This document shows positions 1-7,108 of a stretch of 8,690 bases of DNA, piece by piece. Source of the stretch: Thermoplasmatota archaeon (lineage in GTDB: Archaea > Thermoplasmatota > Penumbrarchaeia > JASLWR01); contig JASLWR010000097.1 of NCBI GenBank assembly GCA_030740765.1, positions 1 through 8,690 of the forward strand, read 5' to 3'. The notes under the pieces were generated by a model, which had not been told where the DNA came from, did not search any database, and saw only the letters and a program-made list of their open reading frames with translations. A program made the position numbers and the translations under genes. Each line of letters opens with the position of its first letter. Position 1 is the first letter of the stretch.

Positions 1-114
1 GTATTGCGTAGCCTGACCGCACACTTGCGGGCAGGGATAGGAACATCTCTGATGTTTCAAGACGAAGTGGGAGCCCGTAGGGCCGATTCCGCTTCATTCC
101 ATGGAAATAGATAG
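1..114 (+). other. Edge fragment, possibly the last 37 codons of an upstream + strand CDS (..VLRSLTAHLRAGIGTSLMFQDEVGARRADSASFHGNR*), product unknown. A minus-strand reading or a structured RNA is not excluded.
   Basis: Frame +1 is open from base 1 to TAG at 112-114. The other two + frames stop within 15 nt. The segment is more GC-rich than the AT-rich stretch 115-289. A T7 run at 188-194 could act as an archaeal-style terminator for it. However, a minus-strand frame is also open from ATG 97-95 to the window edge (MKRNRPYGLPLRLETSEMFLSLPASVRSGYAI..). I recognise no family from either peptide. Confidence 0.25.
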
Positions 115-128
115 TTGCCAAAGTAGCC

Positions 129-143
129 TTATATTGAATATAA
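129..143. promoter_or_regulatory. AT-rich palindrome TTATATT-G-AATATAA (7-bp arms, 1-nt centre). It could be a bidirectional TATA-like element or an operator.
   Basis: Read directly: the reverse complement of TTATATT is AATATAA. It lies in the noncoding stretch between the left-edge fragment and the CoADR gene. On the minus strand it reads TTTATATT about 43 nt upstream of the ATG at 97. No functional evidence. Confidence 0.2.
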
Positions 144-187
144 ACTTAACCGCTCAAAACGACCGTAAATATGTATGATCAATTCAA

Positions 188-194
188 TTTTTTT
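188..194 (+). terminator. T7 tract, a candidate archaeal intrinsic terminator for a + strand transcript entering from the left.
   Basis: Seven consecutive T (caaTTTTTTTcgg) lie 74 nt after the TAG at 112-114. Archaeal RNA polymerase terminates at oligo-T tracts. This is position-based inference only. Confidence 0.25.
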
Positions 195-301
195 CGGTCC
201 TGCAACCATAGCTGATGATGTTCATGACAATGCTCATATAATGGTTAACGGATAAAGCCCCATATCAATGTTAAAAGAAGATTCGTATTTTGGGTGAGAA
301 A

Positions 302-1957
302 ATGTCTATCAAGCTGTTGATAGTTGGCGGTGTTGCAGCCGGTGCTAGCACAGCTGCGCGAGCCCGAAGGTTGAACGAACATACAGAGATAATTTTATTT
401 GAAAGAGGGGAATTCATATCCTACGCCAACTGTGGACTGCCGTACTACATCGGTAGAGAAATTACCCATCGGGATCATCTGTTGGTAGCCACCCCGGAAA
501 TGCTGAGAAATCGGTTCAATATCGACGTGAGAACCTTTTCGGAAGTTACGAGAATCGATCGGGAAAATAAAAAGGTGACCGTAAAGAATCACATCAGCAA
601 CGAGAACTACACGGAAAGTTACGACAAACTGGTCCTCTGCCCGGGTGGCCGACCCATAAAACCTCCATTGGAGGGAATTGACCTCGATACCGTATTTTCG
701 CTCTGGACCATTCCCGATTCGGATCGAATAAAAACATATATCGAAAAGAAAAAACCCCGGTCCGCAGTGGTGATCGGTGGAGGATTTATAGGACTTGAGA
801 TGGTTGAGAATCTAGTGGCAAACGGCCTTGAAGTAACTCTGGTGGAGATGCTCGACCAACTAATGCCCCACCTGGATGTGGAGATGGCCTCCATAGTTCA
901 ATGTTATATCGCAAAAAAAGGATGTCATCTTCATCTATCTGATGCGGTTAGTTCTTTCCGTAAACTGGATGGACGTACGATGGTCATCACCGGAAAAGGG
1001 GAAGAAATTCATTGCGATATGGTCATACTTTGCATTGGCGTTCAGCCTAATAACGAACTGGCTAGAGAAACCGGACTGGAACTGGGTGAGAGGGGCGGCA
1101 TAAGGACCAACGAGCACATGCTGACCTCGGACCCGGACATCTATGCCGCCGGCGACGCAGTGGAGGTGACTGATTTCATCTCAGGTAAGCCCGCCATGAT
1201 TCCACTTGCAGGGCCTGCAAACAAGCAGGGTCGGATCGTGGCTGACAACATATTCGGTAGGAGGTCCGCCTACAGGGGAACTCAGGGGTCGGCTGTGGTA
1301 AAGGTTTTCGATATGACCGTTGGGCTTACCGGGAATAATGAAAAGAGTTTGAAACGTAATGGCATATCCTATCTTGTATCTTTCACACAGTCTTTTTCCC
1401 ATGCCTTCTATTACCCGGGGGCACATATGATGAATGTTAAATTAATATTCGATCCCGAGCATGGAAAGATACTGGGAAGTCAGATTATCGGGAACGAGGG
1501 AGTGGACAAACGTATAGACGTAATAGCCACGGCGATACGCGCAGGTATGACAGTTTTCGATCTCGAAGAACTTGAATTGGCTTATGCCCCACCCTATTCT
1601 TCAGCCAAAGATCCGGTGAACATTGCAGGATTTGTGGCAAGCAATATAATTCGCGGGGACATGAAGATTATAAAATGGTACGAATTGGATGAGATCAACC
1701 GGAATACACATATATTGCTGGATGTTAGAGACTTTGATGAGCTTGAAATGTATCCTTCCCTCACTGGTGCCGTACATATTCCTTTGAACGAGCTACGCGA
1801 CAGATTATCAGAACTGGCCAAGGACAAGACCTATATCATTTACTGCGCCATGGGTCAGCGCGGGTATATAGGTTATCGAATGCTCACCCAGCACGGTTTT
1901 AAATGTAGGAACCTCAGTGGTGGGTACTATCTTTATGATGCAGTAAAAGGATATTGA
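302..1957 (+). CDS. Pyridine nucleotide-disulfide oxidoreductase of the CoA-disulfide reductase / NADH oxidase family with a fused C-terminal rhodanese domain (CoADR-RHD, or CoA-persulfide/polysulfide reductase type).
   Basis: N-terminal FAD fold KLLIVGGVAAGAS. Redox Cys in the family motif SYANCGLPYY (TGT at 431-433). Second dinucleotide fold AVVIGGGFIGLE. GDA motif YAAGDAVE. The C-terminal ~100 aa carry a rhodanese-like active-site loop IYCAMGQRG (TGC at 1844-1846). The track ORF starts at TTG 290. I prefer ATG 302 because GGGTGAG (291-297) lies 4-5 nt upstream as a Shine-Dalgarno box. Stop is TGA at 1955-1957. Confidence 0.9.
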   Translation: MSIKLLIVGGVAAGASTAARARRLNEHTEIILFERGEFISYANCGLPYYIGREITHRDHLLVATPEMLRNRFNIDVRTFSEVTRIDRENKKVTVKNHISNENYTESYDKLVLCPGGRPIKPPLEGIDLDTVFSLWTIPDSDRIKTYIEKKKPRSAVVIGGGFIGLEMVENLVANGLEVTLVEMLDQLMPHLDVEMASIVQCYIAKKGCHLHLSDAVSSFRKLDGRTMVITGKGEEIHCDMVILCIGVQPNNELARETGLELGERGGIRTNEHMLTSDPDIYAAGDAVEVTDFISGKPAMIPLAGPANKQGRIVADNIFGRRSAYRGTQGSAVVKVFDMTVGLTGNNEKSLKRNGISYLVSFTQSFSHAFYYPGAHMMNVKLIFDPEHGKILGSQIIGNEGVDKRIDVIATAIRAGMTVFDLEELELAYAPPYSSAKDPVNIAGFVASNIIRGDMKIIKWYELDEINRNTHILLDVRDFDELEMYPSLTGAVHIPLNELRDRLSELAKDKTYIIYCAMGQRGYIGYRMLTQHGFKCRNLSGGYYLYDAVKGY

Positions 1958-2016
1958 GAGCTTGAATTACTTGAAACTCAAGGAGCGATTGTACAGTAAG
2001 AACGCCGGAACGATAA

Positions 2017-2030
2017 TTTGTTATAACAAA
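2017..2030. promoter_or_regulatory. Perfect 14-bp palindrome TTTGTTA|TAACAAA in the CoADR-mrp spacer, a candidate operator.
   Basis: Read directly. It lies about 120 nt upstream of the preferred mrp start. A nearer TATA-like box, AAATTATAG (about 2098-2106), fits a promoter for mrp better. One palindrome of this size is roughly what chance predicts in 8.7 kb of sequence. Confidence 0.2.
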
Positions 2031-2152
2031 ATGATGTTTCGAGAAATGCCTTGCCAGCATTCGTGATTAGTGACATATCAAGCTTAATGGAAAAGGGGAA
2101 ATTATAGAGCTGAAAATGTTTTTGTCGCGTAATAATGAATGGAGTTGTTTTA

Positions 2153-2986
2153 ATGGCAGATAATAATGAACAAAGACATATGCAGATGATGGAGCAGAAT
2201 CTGAAGATCGTTGACAAACTGACCAATATCAAACATAAGATCGCCATCATGAGTGGAAAGGGCGGAGTGGGAAAGACAACGGTTGCCGTGAATCTTGCTT
2301 TTTCCCTAGCATTTTCAGGCGCAAAAGTCGGATTGTTGGATGTGGATATCAACGGCCCCAACGTACCCAAGATGCTTGGAATTGAGGACGAGAAACTGGG
2401 GGGTATCGATGGAGCCATCGAACCGGTCGTCGTATCCAAGAATTTGAAGGTGGTTTCCATGGCTTTCCTACTTGCTGAAAGAGATATGCCGGTCATCTGG
2501 AGAGGACCTGTGAAGATGCAGGCGATCCGGCAATTCCTGGGTGATGTTGATTGGGGTAAGCTGGACTACCTTGTCATCGACCTCCCTCCTGGCACGGGGG
2601 ATGAACCGCTCAGCATTGCACAGTTGATAAAAGAGAACAGCGGGGCCGTGATAGTGACAACTCCCCAGGATGTGGCCCTATTGGATTCACGAAAGGCGGT
2701 GAATTTTGCAAGAGCACTTGAGATGCCGGTGATCGGGATACTCGAAAACATGAGCGGCTTTAGCTGCCCCCATTGCCACAAGGATATCGACCTTTTCAAG
2801 GTGGGTGGAGGAAAAGTTGCAGCCGGAGAAATGAGTGTTCCTTACCTTGGTAGCGTGCCGCTTGATCCAAATATCGTCGAGACCGGTGACAGCGGCGTCC
2901 CATTTGTTCAAAAATACAGAGGTTCGGAATCCGCCAGGGTCTTTGAAAAGATCGTTGATAATGTTAAGAAATTTGTTGGCGATTAA
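2153..2986 (+). CDS. mrp: Mrp/ApbC/NBP35-family iron-sulfur cluster carrier ATPase (MinD/ParA superfamily).
   Basis: Deviant Walker A box [14 protein letters not shown] (2255-2278). Walker B-like [12 protein letters not shown]. Family-typical C-terminal CxxC pair GFSCPHCHK (TGC at 2764-2766 and 2773-2775). The N-terminus is short, with no DUF59/MIP18-like domain. Track start is ATG 2135. I prefer ATG 2153 (MADNNEQ..) because GGAG at 2141-2144 lies 8 nt upstream, whereas 2135 has no SD. Confidence 0.92.
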   Translation: MADNNEQRHMQMMEQNLKIVDKLTNIKHKIAIMSGKGGVGKTTVAVNLAFSLAFSGAKVGLLDVDINGPNVPKMLGIEDEKLGGIDGAIEPVVVSKNLKVVSMAFLLAERDMPVIWRGPVKMQAIRQFLGDVDWGKLDYLVIDLPPGTGDEPLSIAQLIKENSGAVIVTTPQDVALLDSRKAVNFARALEMPVIGILENMSGFSCPHCHKDIDLFKVGGGKVAAGEMSVPYLGSVPLDPNIVETGDSGVPFVQKYRGSESARVFEKIVDNVKKFVGD

Positions 2987-3035
2987 AGGCACTAAATTGA
3001 AATGGTTGCTGGCCTTCCAAATTTATTCTTATCTG

Positions 3036-3042
3036 AAAAAAA
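3036..3042 (-). terminator. T7 tract on the minus strand directly after the kae1 stop, the likely terminator of the gcvPA-gcvPB-kae1 operon.
   Basis: Plus-strand aaaaaaa at 3036-3042 abuts the TAG stop (cta at 3043-3045). It sits in a 56-nt convergent spacer shared with mrp. Confidence 0.45.
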
Positions 3043-4014
3043 CTACCATTTAACTTCCACGTCGTCGGTCCGATAGTTCTGGTTAACTTGCGATTGCTTT
3101 ATGGGAGTGGTAATGCCCCCTTTGTACATTTCAAGACCCGTAAACGCGATCATTGCACCGTTATCAACGAGAAGTCCACCCTCCGGGACAAAAAAATCCC
3201 CGTCTCTCTCTTCAGCCATGGTCCGAACCATCTGTTGTAGCCGCCTGTTCATGGCAACCCCACCTCCAAGAAGCACTTCTTTCTTCTCTGTATGTGCCAT
3301 GGCTCGCTCGGTTACCTCCGTGAGCATGGCGAAGACGGTCTCCTGAAGGGAATGACACAGTGAACCGAGAGGCACCTTCCCTTTTTTTGATAAGGCGGCG
3401 GTGAGGACACCCGAAAATGCAACATCCATACCCTTCACTGAATAGGGAAGCGGTATGTATTCATCACTCTTCAATGCCATTTTTTCGATCTTCGGACCTG
3501 CCGGGAAAGGCATTCCCAGCATCCTACCGAACTTGTCCAGCATGTTCCCTACACCGATATCCTGTGTTTCTCCGAACACGCGGTATCGGCCCTTCGCCTT
3601 TGCGATGACCTGGGTGTTGGCTCCGGAGGCATAGAGAAGGATGGGGTCCGTCGCTCCCACAATCTTCCCGATCTCCAGGTGTGCCACGCAATGGTTTACT
3701 CCTATAAGGGGGATGTCGAGCCACAACGACAGAGCCCGAGCCGCTGTGGCGGTGCTCCTCAAGCACGGGCCGAGTCCGGGCCCCTGGGAAAACGCTACCA
3801 GGCCCAGATCTCGTGCGGCGATCCCGGCTTTCTCGAGGCTTTCGCCAACCACTGTATGAAGAACGGCTGCATGATGGTTGGCCGCCTCCCTGGGATGAAT
3901 TCCTCCTGAGGGAGGCCGATACATATCCCTGACATTAGAAATGACTTTCCCCTCACCATCCACCACCCCCGCACCAAACGTGTGCGCCGTGCCTTCGAGA
4001 CCCAAAACGAACAA
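3043..4014 (-). CDS. kae1: Archaeal-type Kae1, tRNA N6-adenosine threonylcarbamoyltransferase (KEOPS catalytic subunit). It is stand-alone, not fused to Bud32.
   Basis: LGLEGTAHTFGAGVV N-terminus, PREAANHH, FSQGPGLGPCLR, metal-binding GVNHCVAHLE, GETQDIGVGN, PYSVKGMDVAFSG and VDNGAMIA. It appears collinear with Methanocaldococcus/Pyrococcus Kae1 as I remember them, through to the C-terminal YRTDDVEVKW. The start is ambiguous: GTG 4056 (track), ATG 4047 or TTG 4014. I prefer TTG 4014. It gives MFVLGLEGTAH, matching the usual 2-3 residue N-terminus of Kae1. It also has GGGAG (4027-4023) at SD spacing. Confidence 0.92.
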   Translation of the reverse strand: MFVLGLEGTAHTFGAGVVDGEGKVISNVRDMYRPPSGGIHPREAANHHAAVLHTVVGESLEKAGIAARDLGLVAFSQGPGLGPCLRSTATAARALSLWLDIPLIGVNHCVAHLEIGKIVGATDPILLYASGANTQVIAKAKGRYRVFGETQDIGVGNMLDKFGRMLGMPFPAGPKIEKMALKSDEYIPLPYSVKGMDVAFSGVLTAALSKKGKVPLGSLCHSLQETVFAMLTEVTERAMAHTEKKEVLLGGGVAMNRRLQQMVRTMAEERDGDFFVPEGGLLVDNGAMIAFTGLEMYKGGITTPIKQSQVNQNYRTDDVEVKW

Positions 4015-4036
4015 AATAACATCTCCCGTAGTATAA

Positions 4037-5539
4037 TTAATCCGCATTCCTTTCACGCCAATCGCGCAGAGCCCTGTATGTGAAGATCATATTCTTTGCG
4101 GCAAAGGTCTCATCAAGTCTCTTTCTCGTTGTATTTTGCGGGCATTTTCTCAGTTCTTCAGCATCGGCCTCCGCTATAGCTTTCATAACCTCTACGAAGC
4201 GGTTCATCTCCTCAATGGTCTCAGTCTCGGTGGGTTCAATCATTATGGCCTCGTGGAAGATCTGCGGAAAGTAGATGGTAGGAGCGTGGATTCCCTCATC
4301 CAGAAGCCACTTGGCCGCGTCCAGGGTGCTGGCCCCCTTTTTCTTGAGAATGCTACCGTTGAGGACGAATTCGTGCTTTCGGAGGCCTGGATATGGAAGC
4401 GGGAACAAATGCTCGAGTTTCATTTTCAGGTAATTCGAATTCATTACAGCAGCTTCAGAAACTTTCTCAAGACCATCTCCACCCACGAGCAATGTATAGA
4501 CATATGCTTTCACCAGGACGAGAAAATTCCCCAATTGACCATGAATCTTGCCAATGGTGTAAGGTAGTTTATGATGCAGATCAAATTTAATAGAACCGTC
4601 ATCCTTCACTAGTTTTAGAACACGAGGTACAGGAAGGAATTTCTCCAATTCTTTCGTAACTCCGATTGGACCTGCCCCTGGGCCCCCACCTCCATGAGGA
4701 GTTCCAAAGGTTTTGTGAAGATTGAAATGAACTATGTCAAATCCCATCTTTCCAGGTGTGGTCTTTCCCATCACGGCGTTTAGATTCGCGCCATCATAGT
4801 ACAGAAGAGCTCCGTGGGCATGCACCTTTTCAGCAATTTCCCGTACCCGTCTTTCGAATATACCGAGAGTGTTCGGATTCGTGAGCATGAAGGCACAGGT
4901 TCTATTGGATAGAGCTGCCTCCAATGCTTCAATGTTAACACAGCCGTCCCCTTCCGATGGTATCTCGATAACCTTGAGCCCGGCCATTGCCCCGCTTGCC
5001 GGATTGGTACCGTGGGCCGTATCCGGTAATATTACCTCGTCCCGTTCTTCCCCTTTCGCTTCGTGGAACGCCCTTGCGATGAGGAGACCGGTAAACTCAC
5101 CGTGAGCACCGGCTGCCGGCTGCAGTGTCACGGCCTCGATACCACCAATCACAGAAAGAATTTTTTCTAGTTCGTATATCAGTTCAAGGTTCCCCTGGAC
5201 CATATCAACCGGTTGCATCGGGTGGGTCAGGGCAAAACCCTCGAGGGAGGCCATCTTCTCCGAGAATTTTGGATTGTACTTCATTGTACAGGATCCAAGT
5301 GGGTAGAAACCGCTGTCCACGCCCCAGTTCATCTGCGATAGGCGCGTGTAATGCCTGGCTATTTCGACCTCGGTGAGACCGGGAATATTTATGTCGTCCT
5401 TCTTCCTGATCTCTTTCGGGATAAATTTATCGATCATGGTCGGGTCCAGGCATTCCTGGGAAAAGCATGCCGCCTGTTTCTCGATACAACCCATCTCAAA
5501 TATCAAGAGTTCATCGTATTTCGCCTGCCGGTAAGCCAT
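4037..5539 (-). CDS. gcvPB: Glycine dehydrogenase (decarboxylating) subunit 2, the glycine cleavage system P-protein C-terminal subunit.
   Basis: PLP-lysine motif HFNLHKTFGTPHGGGGPGAGPIGV. GSCTMKYNP. LQPAAGAHGE. Length of 500 aa is typical of split P-proteins. A strong SD, GGAGGTGG (complement of 5544-5551), lies 5 nt before the ATG (5539-5537). The start overlaps the gcvPA stop as TAATG. Confidence 0.95.
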   Translation of the reverse strand: MAYRQAKYDELLIFEMGCIEKQAACFSQECLDPTMIDKFIPKEIRKKDDINIPGLTEVEIARHYTRLSQMNWGVDSGFYPLGSCTMKYNPKFSEKMASLEGFALTHPMQPVDMVQGNLELIYELEKILSVIGGIEAVTLQPAAGAHGEFTGLLIARAFHEAKGEERDEVILPDTAHGTNPASGAMAGLKVIEIPSEGDGCVNIEALEAALSNRTCAFMLTNPNTLGIFERRVREIAEKVHAHGALLYYDGANLNAVMGKTTPGKMGFDIVHFNLHKTFGTPHGGGGPGAGPIGVTKELEKFLPVPRVLKLVKDDGSIKFDLHHKLPYTIGKIHGQLGNFLVLVKAYVYTLLVGGDGLEKVSEAAVMNSNYLKMKLEHLFPLPYPGLRKHEFVLNGSILKKKGASTLDAAKWLLDEGIHAPTIYFPQIFHEAIMIEPTETETIEEMNRFVEVMKAIAEADAEELRKCPQNTTRKRLDETFAAKNMIFTYRALRDWRERNAD

Positions 5540-6903
5540 TAGACCACCTCCATTGATTTCAGATCGGCAATCAATTTATCAATTGACCCGTTGGAATTCA
5601 TTTCAGTGGCGCAGAGGAGAAACGAATTTTCGAGTTCGGGGAAATCCGTTCCAAGTAGATAACCGAAAATGTTTCCCATTTTCAGAAGATCGTCATAGAG
5701 TTTTGCAGGATCAAATATATGCGGGTCAATGGTGACCACAAACTCATTGAAGAAATCACTTTTGAATCGCGGTGCGCTTATACCGTGAATCTTCGAAAGC
5801 TCTTCTCGGAGACGATGAGCATTGGTCAGATTGGCAAGACTCATCTCGTACAATCCTTTGGGCCCGAGACAAGCCAGGGTCATAGCGCATCTTACAGCGC
5901 ACAATGCCTGGTTCGAGCATATATTGGAGGTAGCTCGTTCCCTCCGTATATGCTGCTCCCTGGTTTGCAGAGTCATGACATAGGAATCCTCTCCATCGCG
6001 ATCCTTCGTGTATCCGATCAGTCTGCCAGGCATCTTCCGAACGAATTTCTTATTGCATGCAATGTACCCCGCACCGGGTCCGCCGAATGACGGCGGATTG
6101 CCGAATTGTACTTCACCGATTGCCACATCGGCCCCGGTTTCACCGGGATTCTTCATAAAGGGTGAAGTTAAGAGATTGAAGCCTTCCACGAATAGTGGTC
6201 TTTTTCTGCCCTCACCCAGCATTTCCGGTATTCTTGCGATATCTTTTTCCATTACACCGAAGAAGTTCGGATTTTCTACGTAAATACCACTTGTCTCACC
6301 GGTTATGGAACTTTCAAGACTTTCGAGGTCAAGCCCACCTGTCTTCGGATCATAGTCCACTGTCTTAATTTCAATATTCTGATACCTGGTATAATTTTCC
6401 AGAACCGACATCTTGGACATGGGTAAGGGACTTGCCACTATGAACTCTCTTTTTCTGGTAACCGCCTTGCACATGATGGCCGCTTCACCTATAGCCGTTG
6501 CCGCATCATACAGAGATGAGTTGGACATATCCTGGCCCGTCAATTCTGCAATGTATGATTGATATTCGAAAAGGCACTGAAGCATTCCCTGGCTGATCTC
6601 TCCCTGGTACGGAGTGTACGTGGTAAGGAATTCGCTTCTCGACGACAGATAATCCACCACGGCCGGTACGAAATGATTGTATACTCCGACCCCAAGGAAC
6701 GAATTTACTTCATTCAGGGATGTGTTCTTGGCAGTAATATCCTTGATGATCCGTTCAACTTCCATCTCGGTCTTTCCGGGAGGAAGATCCACCCCATTTA
6801 CCTTTACATCGTCTGGAATATCCGAGAACAATTCCTCCATGGAAGATATACCCATGTCCTTGAGCATCTTATCTTGGAAACACAAGTTTGGTATGAAGTC
6901 CAT
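5539..6903 (-). CDS. gcvPA: Glycine dehydrogenase (decarboxylating) subunit 1, the glycine cleavage system P-protein N-terminal subunit.
   Basis: TPYQGEISQGMLQCLFEYQSYIAELTG and the ELFSDIP N-terminal motif are typical of GcvPA. Its length and position directly upstream of gcvPB also fit. The track start at 6912 is a GTG lying inside the SD box AGGTGATC (complement of 6907-6914). The real start is almost certainly ATG 6903-6901 (MDFIPNL..). Confidence 0.95.
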   Translation of the reverse strand: MDFIPNLCFQDKMLKDMGISSMEELFSDIPDDVKVNGVDLPPGKTEMEVERIIKDITAKNTSLNEVNSFLGVGVYNHFVPAVVDYLSSRSEFLTTYTPYQGEISQGMLQCLFEYQSYIAELTGQDMSNSSLYDAATAIGEAAIMCKAVTRKREFIVASPLPMSKMSVLENYTRYQNIEIKTVDYDPKTGGLDLESLESSITGETSGIYVENPNFFGVMEKDIARIPEMLGEGRKRPLFVEGFNLLTSPFMKNPGETGADVAIGEVQFGNPPSFGGPGAGYIACNKKFVRKMPGRLIGYTKDRDGEDSYVMTLQTREQHIRRERATSNICSNQALCAVRCAMTLACLGPKGLYEMSLANLTNAHRLREELSKIHGISAPRFKSDFFNEFVVTIDPHIFDPAKLYDDLLKMGNIFGYLLGTDFPELENSFLLCATEMNSNGSIDKLIADLKSMEVV

Positions 6904-6933
6904 TATGATCACCTAATAACTTGGAACTTGATG

Positions 6934-6950
6934 TAAATTTTATAATAAAA
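6934..6950 (-). promoter_or_regulatory. TATA-box-like element for the gcvPA-gcvPB-kae1 operon.
   Basis: The minus strand reads TTTTATTATAAAATTTA, centred about 41 nt upstream of ATG 6903. That would place a transcription start near 6918 and give a short leader carrying the SD. It contains the palindrome TTTTAT-A-ATAAAA (6938-6950). Inference from archaeal promoter geometry only. Confidence 0.4.
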
Positions 6951-6994
6951 CTGTTTTGGAGTTATTGCATTTTGGGATGTCATTAAATTTTATA
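6934..6994 (+). repeat. Direct repeat of the 11-mer TAAATTTTATA (6934-6944 and 6984-6994), exactly 50 nt apart. Each copy is preceded by GATGT.
   Basis: Read directly: cttGATGTAAATTTTATAat and ggGATGTcatTAAATTTTATAct. The copies could be two TATA-type elements, or a duplicated promoter module, in the divergent region. Confidence 0.5.
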
Positions 6995-7059
6995 CTGGTA
7001 TCCTTAAAGTACAATATCTATAGATAAATAGTAGAATCTTTTGACGAACTATATTGGCG

Positions 7060-7076
7060 ATTCAATTCCTTTGAAT
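7060..7076. promoter_or_regulatory. Inverted repeat ATTCAA-N5-TTGAAT, a candidate transcription-factor site.
   Basis: Read directly (gATTCAAttcctTTGAATttcc). It is located in the divergent intergenic region about 45 nt upstream of the tRNA TATA-like box. Confidence 0.2.
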
Positions 7077-7092
7077 TTCCAATATTATCTAT

Positions 7093-7108
7093 CGAATTAC
7101 CGAATTAC
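7093..7108 (+). repeat. Perfect tandem duplication CGAATTAC CGAATTAC directly abutting the A/T box upstream of tRNA-Gln.
   Basis: Read directly at 7093-7100 and 7101-7108. It is immediately followed by AAAAAATATATATT. Confidence 0.6.

Noticed and set aside
215-241. Mini-ORF ATG ATG TTC ATG ACA ATG CTC ATA TAA (MMFMTMLI), Met-rich, upstream of the CoADR gene. I considered it as a leader peptide.
   Set aside because: It has no SD, is only 8 codons long, and has no adjacent alternative hairpins. ATG-rich strings are common in AT-rich spacers. Attenuation of this kind is not an established archaeal mechanism.
395-1827. Minus-strand ORFs of 60-91 aa inside the CoADR-RHD gene.
   Set aside because: They are antisense to a well-supported CDS and have no motifs.
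1958-1986. Short hairpins after the CoADR stop: CTTGA-aac-TCAAG at 1970-1982, or alternatively CTTGA at 1961-1965 pairing with TCAAG at 1978-1982. I considered them as a terminator.
   Set aside because: The stems are only 5 bp and no T tract follows. Archaeal termination depends mainly on oligo-T, so this is not convincing enough to report as a feature.
50-2044. 13-nt near-repeat TGATGTTTC[A/G]AGA at 50-62 and 2032-2044.
   Set aside because: My rough estimate is that an 8.7-kb window should contain on the order of tens of 12-of-13 matches by chance. The flanks show no extended similarity.
2031-2113. C/D-box sRNA candidates. One is AUGAUGU at 2031-2037 with CUGA at 2110-2113. The other is cUGAUGA at 213-219.
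   Set aside because: The box spacing (about 80 nt) is too long for archaeal C/D sRNAs. There are no internal D'/C' boxes, and no D box follows the 213-219 candidate. The C boxes themselves are imperfect.
1978-2496. 172-aa minus-strand ORF overlapping the 5' third of mrp and the upstream spacer.
   Set aside because: It is antisense to a gene with clear Walker A and CxxC motifs. Its peptide is low-complexity (runs rich in S, T, P and I) with no family resemblance, and it has no SD. It is an antisense-frame artefact.
3101-4022. Cluster of 63-81 aa ORFs on both strands inside kae1, plus a locally very GC-rich patch. I counted about 70% GC for 3721-3780, against about 50% in the other blocks counted.
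   Set aside because: The GC-rich patch encodes the Gly/Ala/Pro-rich core of Kae1 (FSQGPGLGPCLRSTATAARA). GC richness suppresses stop codons in the other frames. The Kae1 frame is continuous and homologous end to end, so there is no evidence of an insertion or an overlapping gene.
4080-6936. Plus-strand ORFs of 60-143 aa antisense to gcvPB and gcvPA.
   Set aside because: They are antisense to two CDSs with diagnostic motifs. The peptides are unrecognisable and the ORFs overlap one another.
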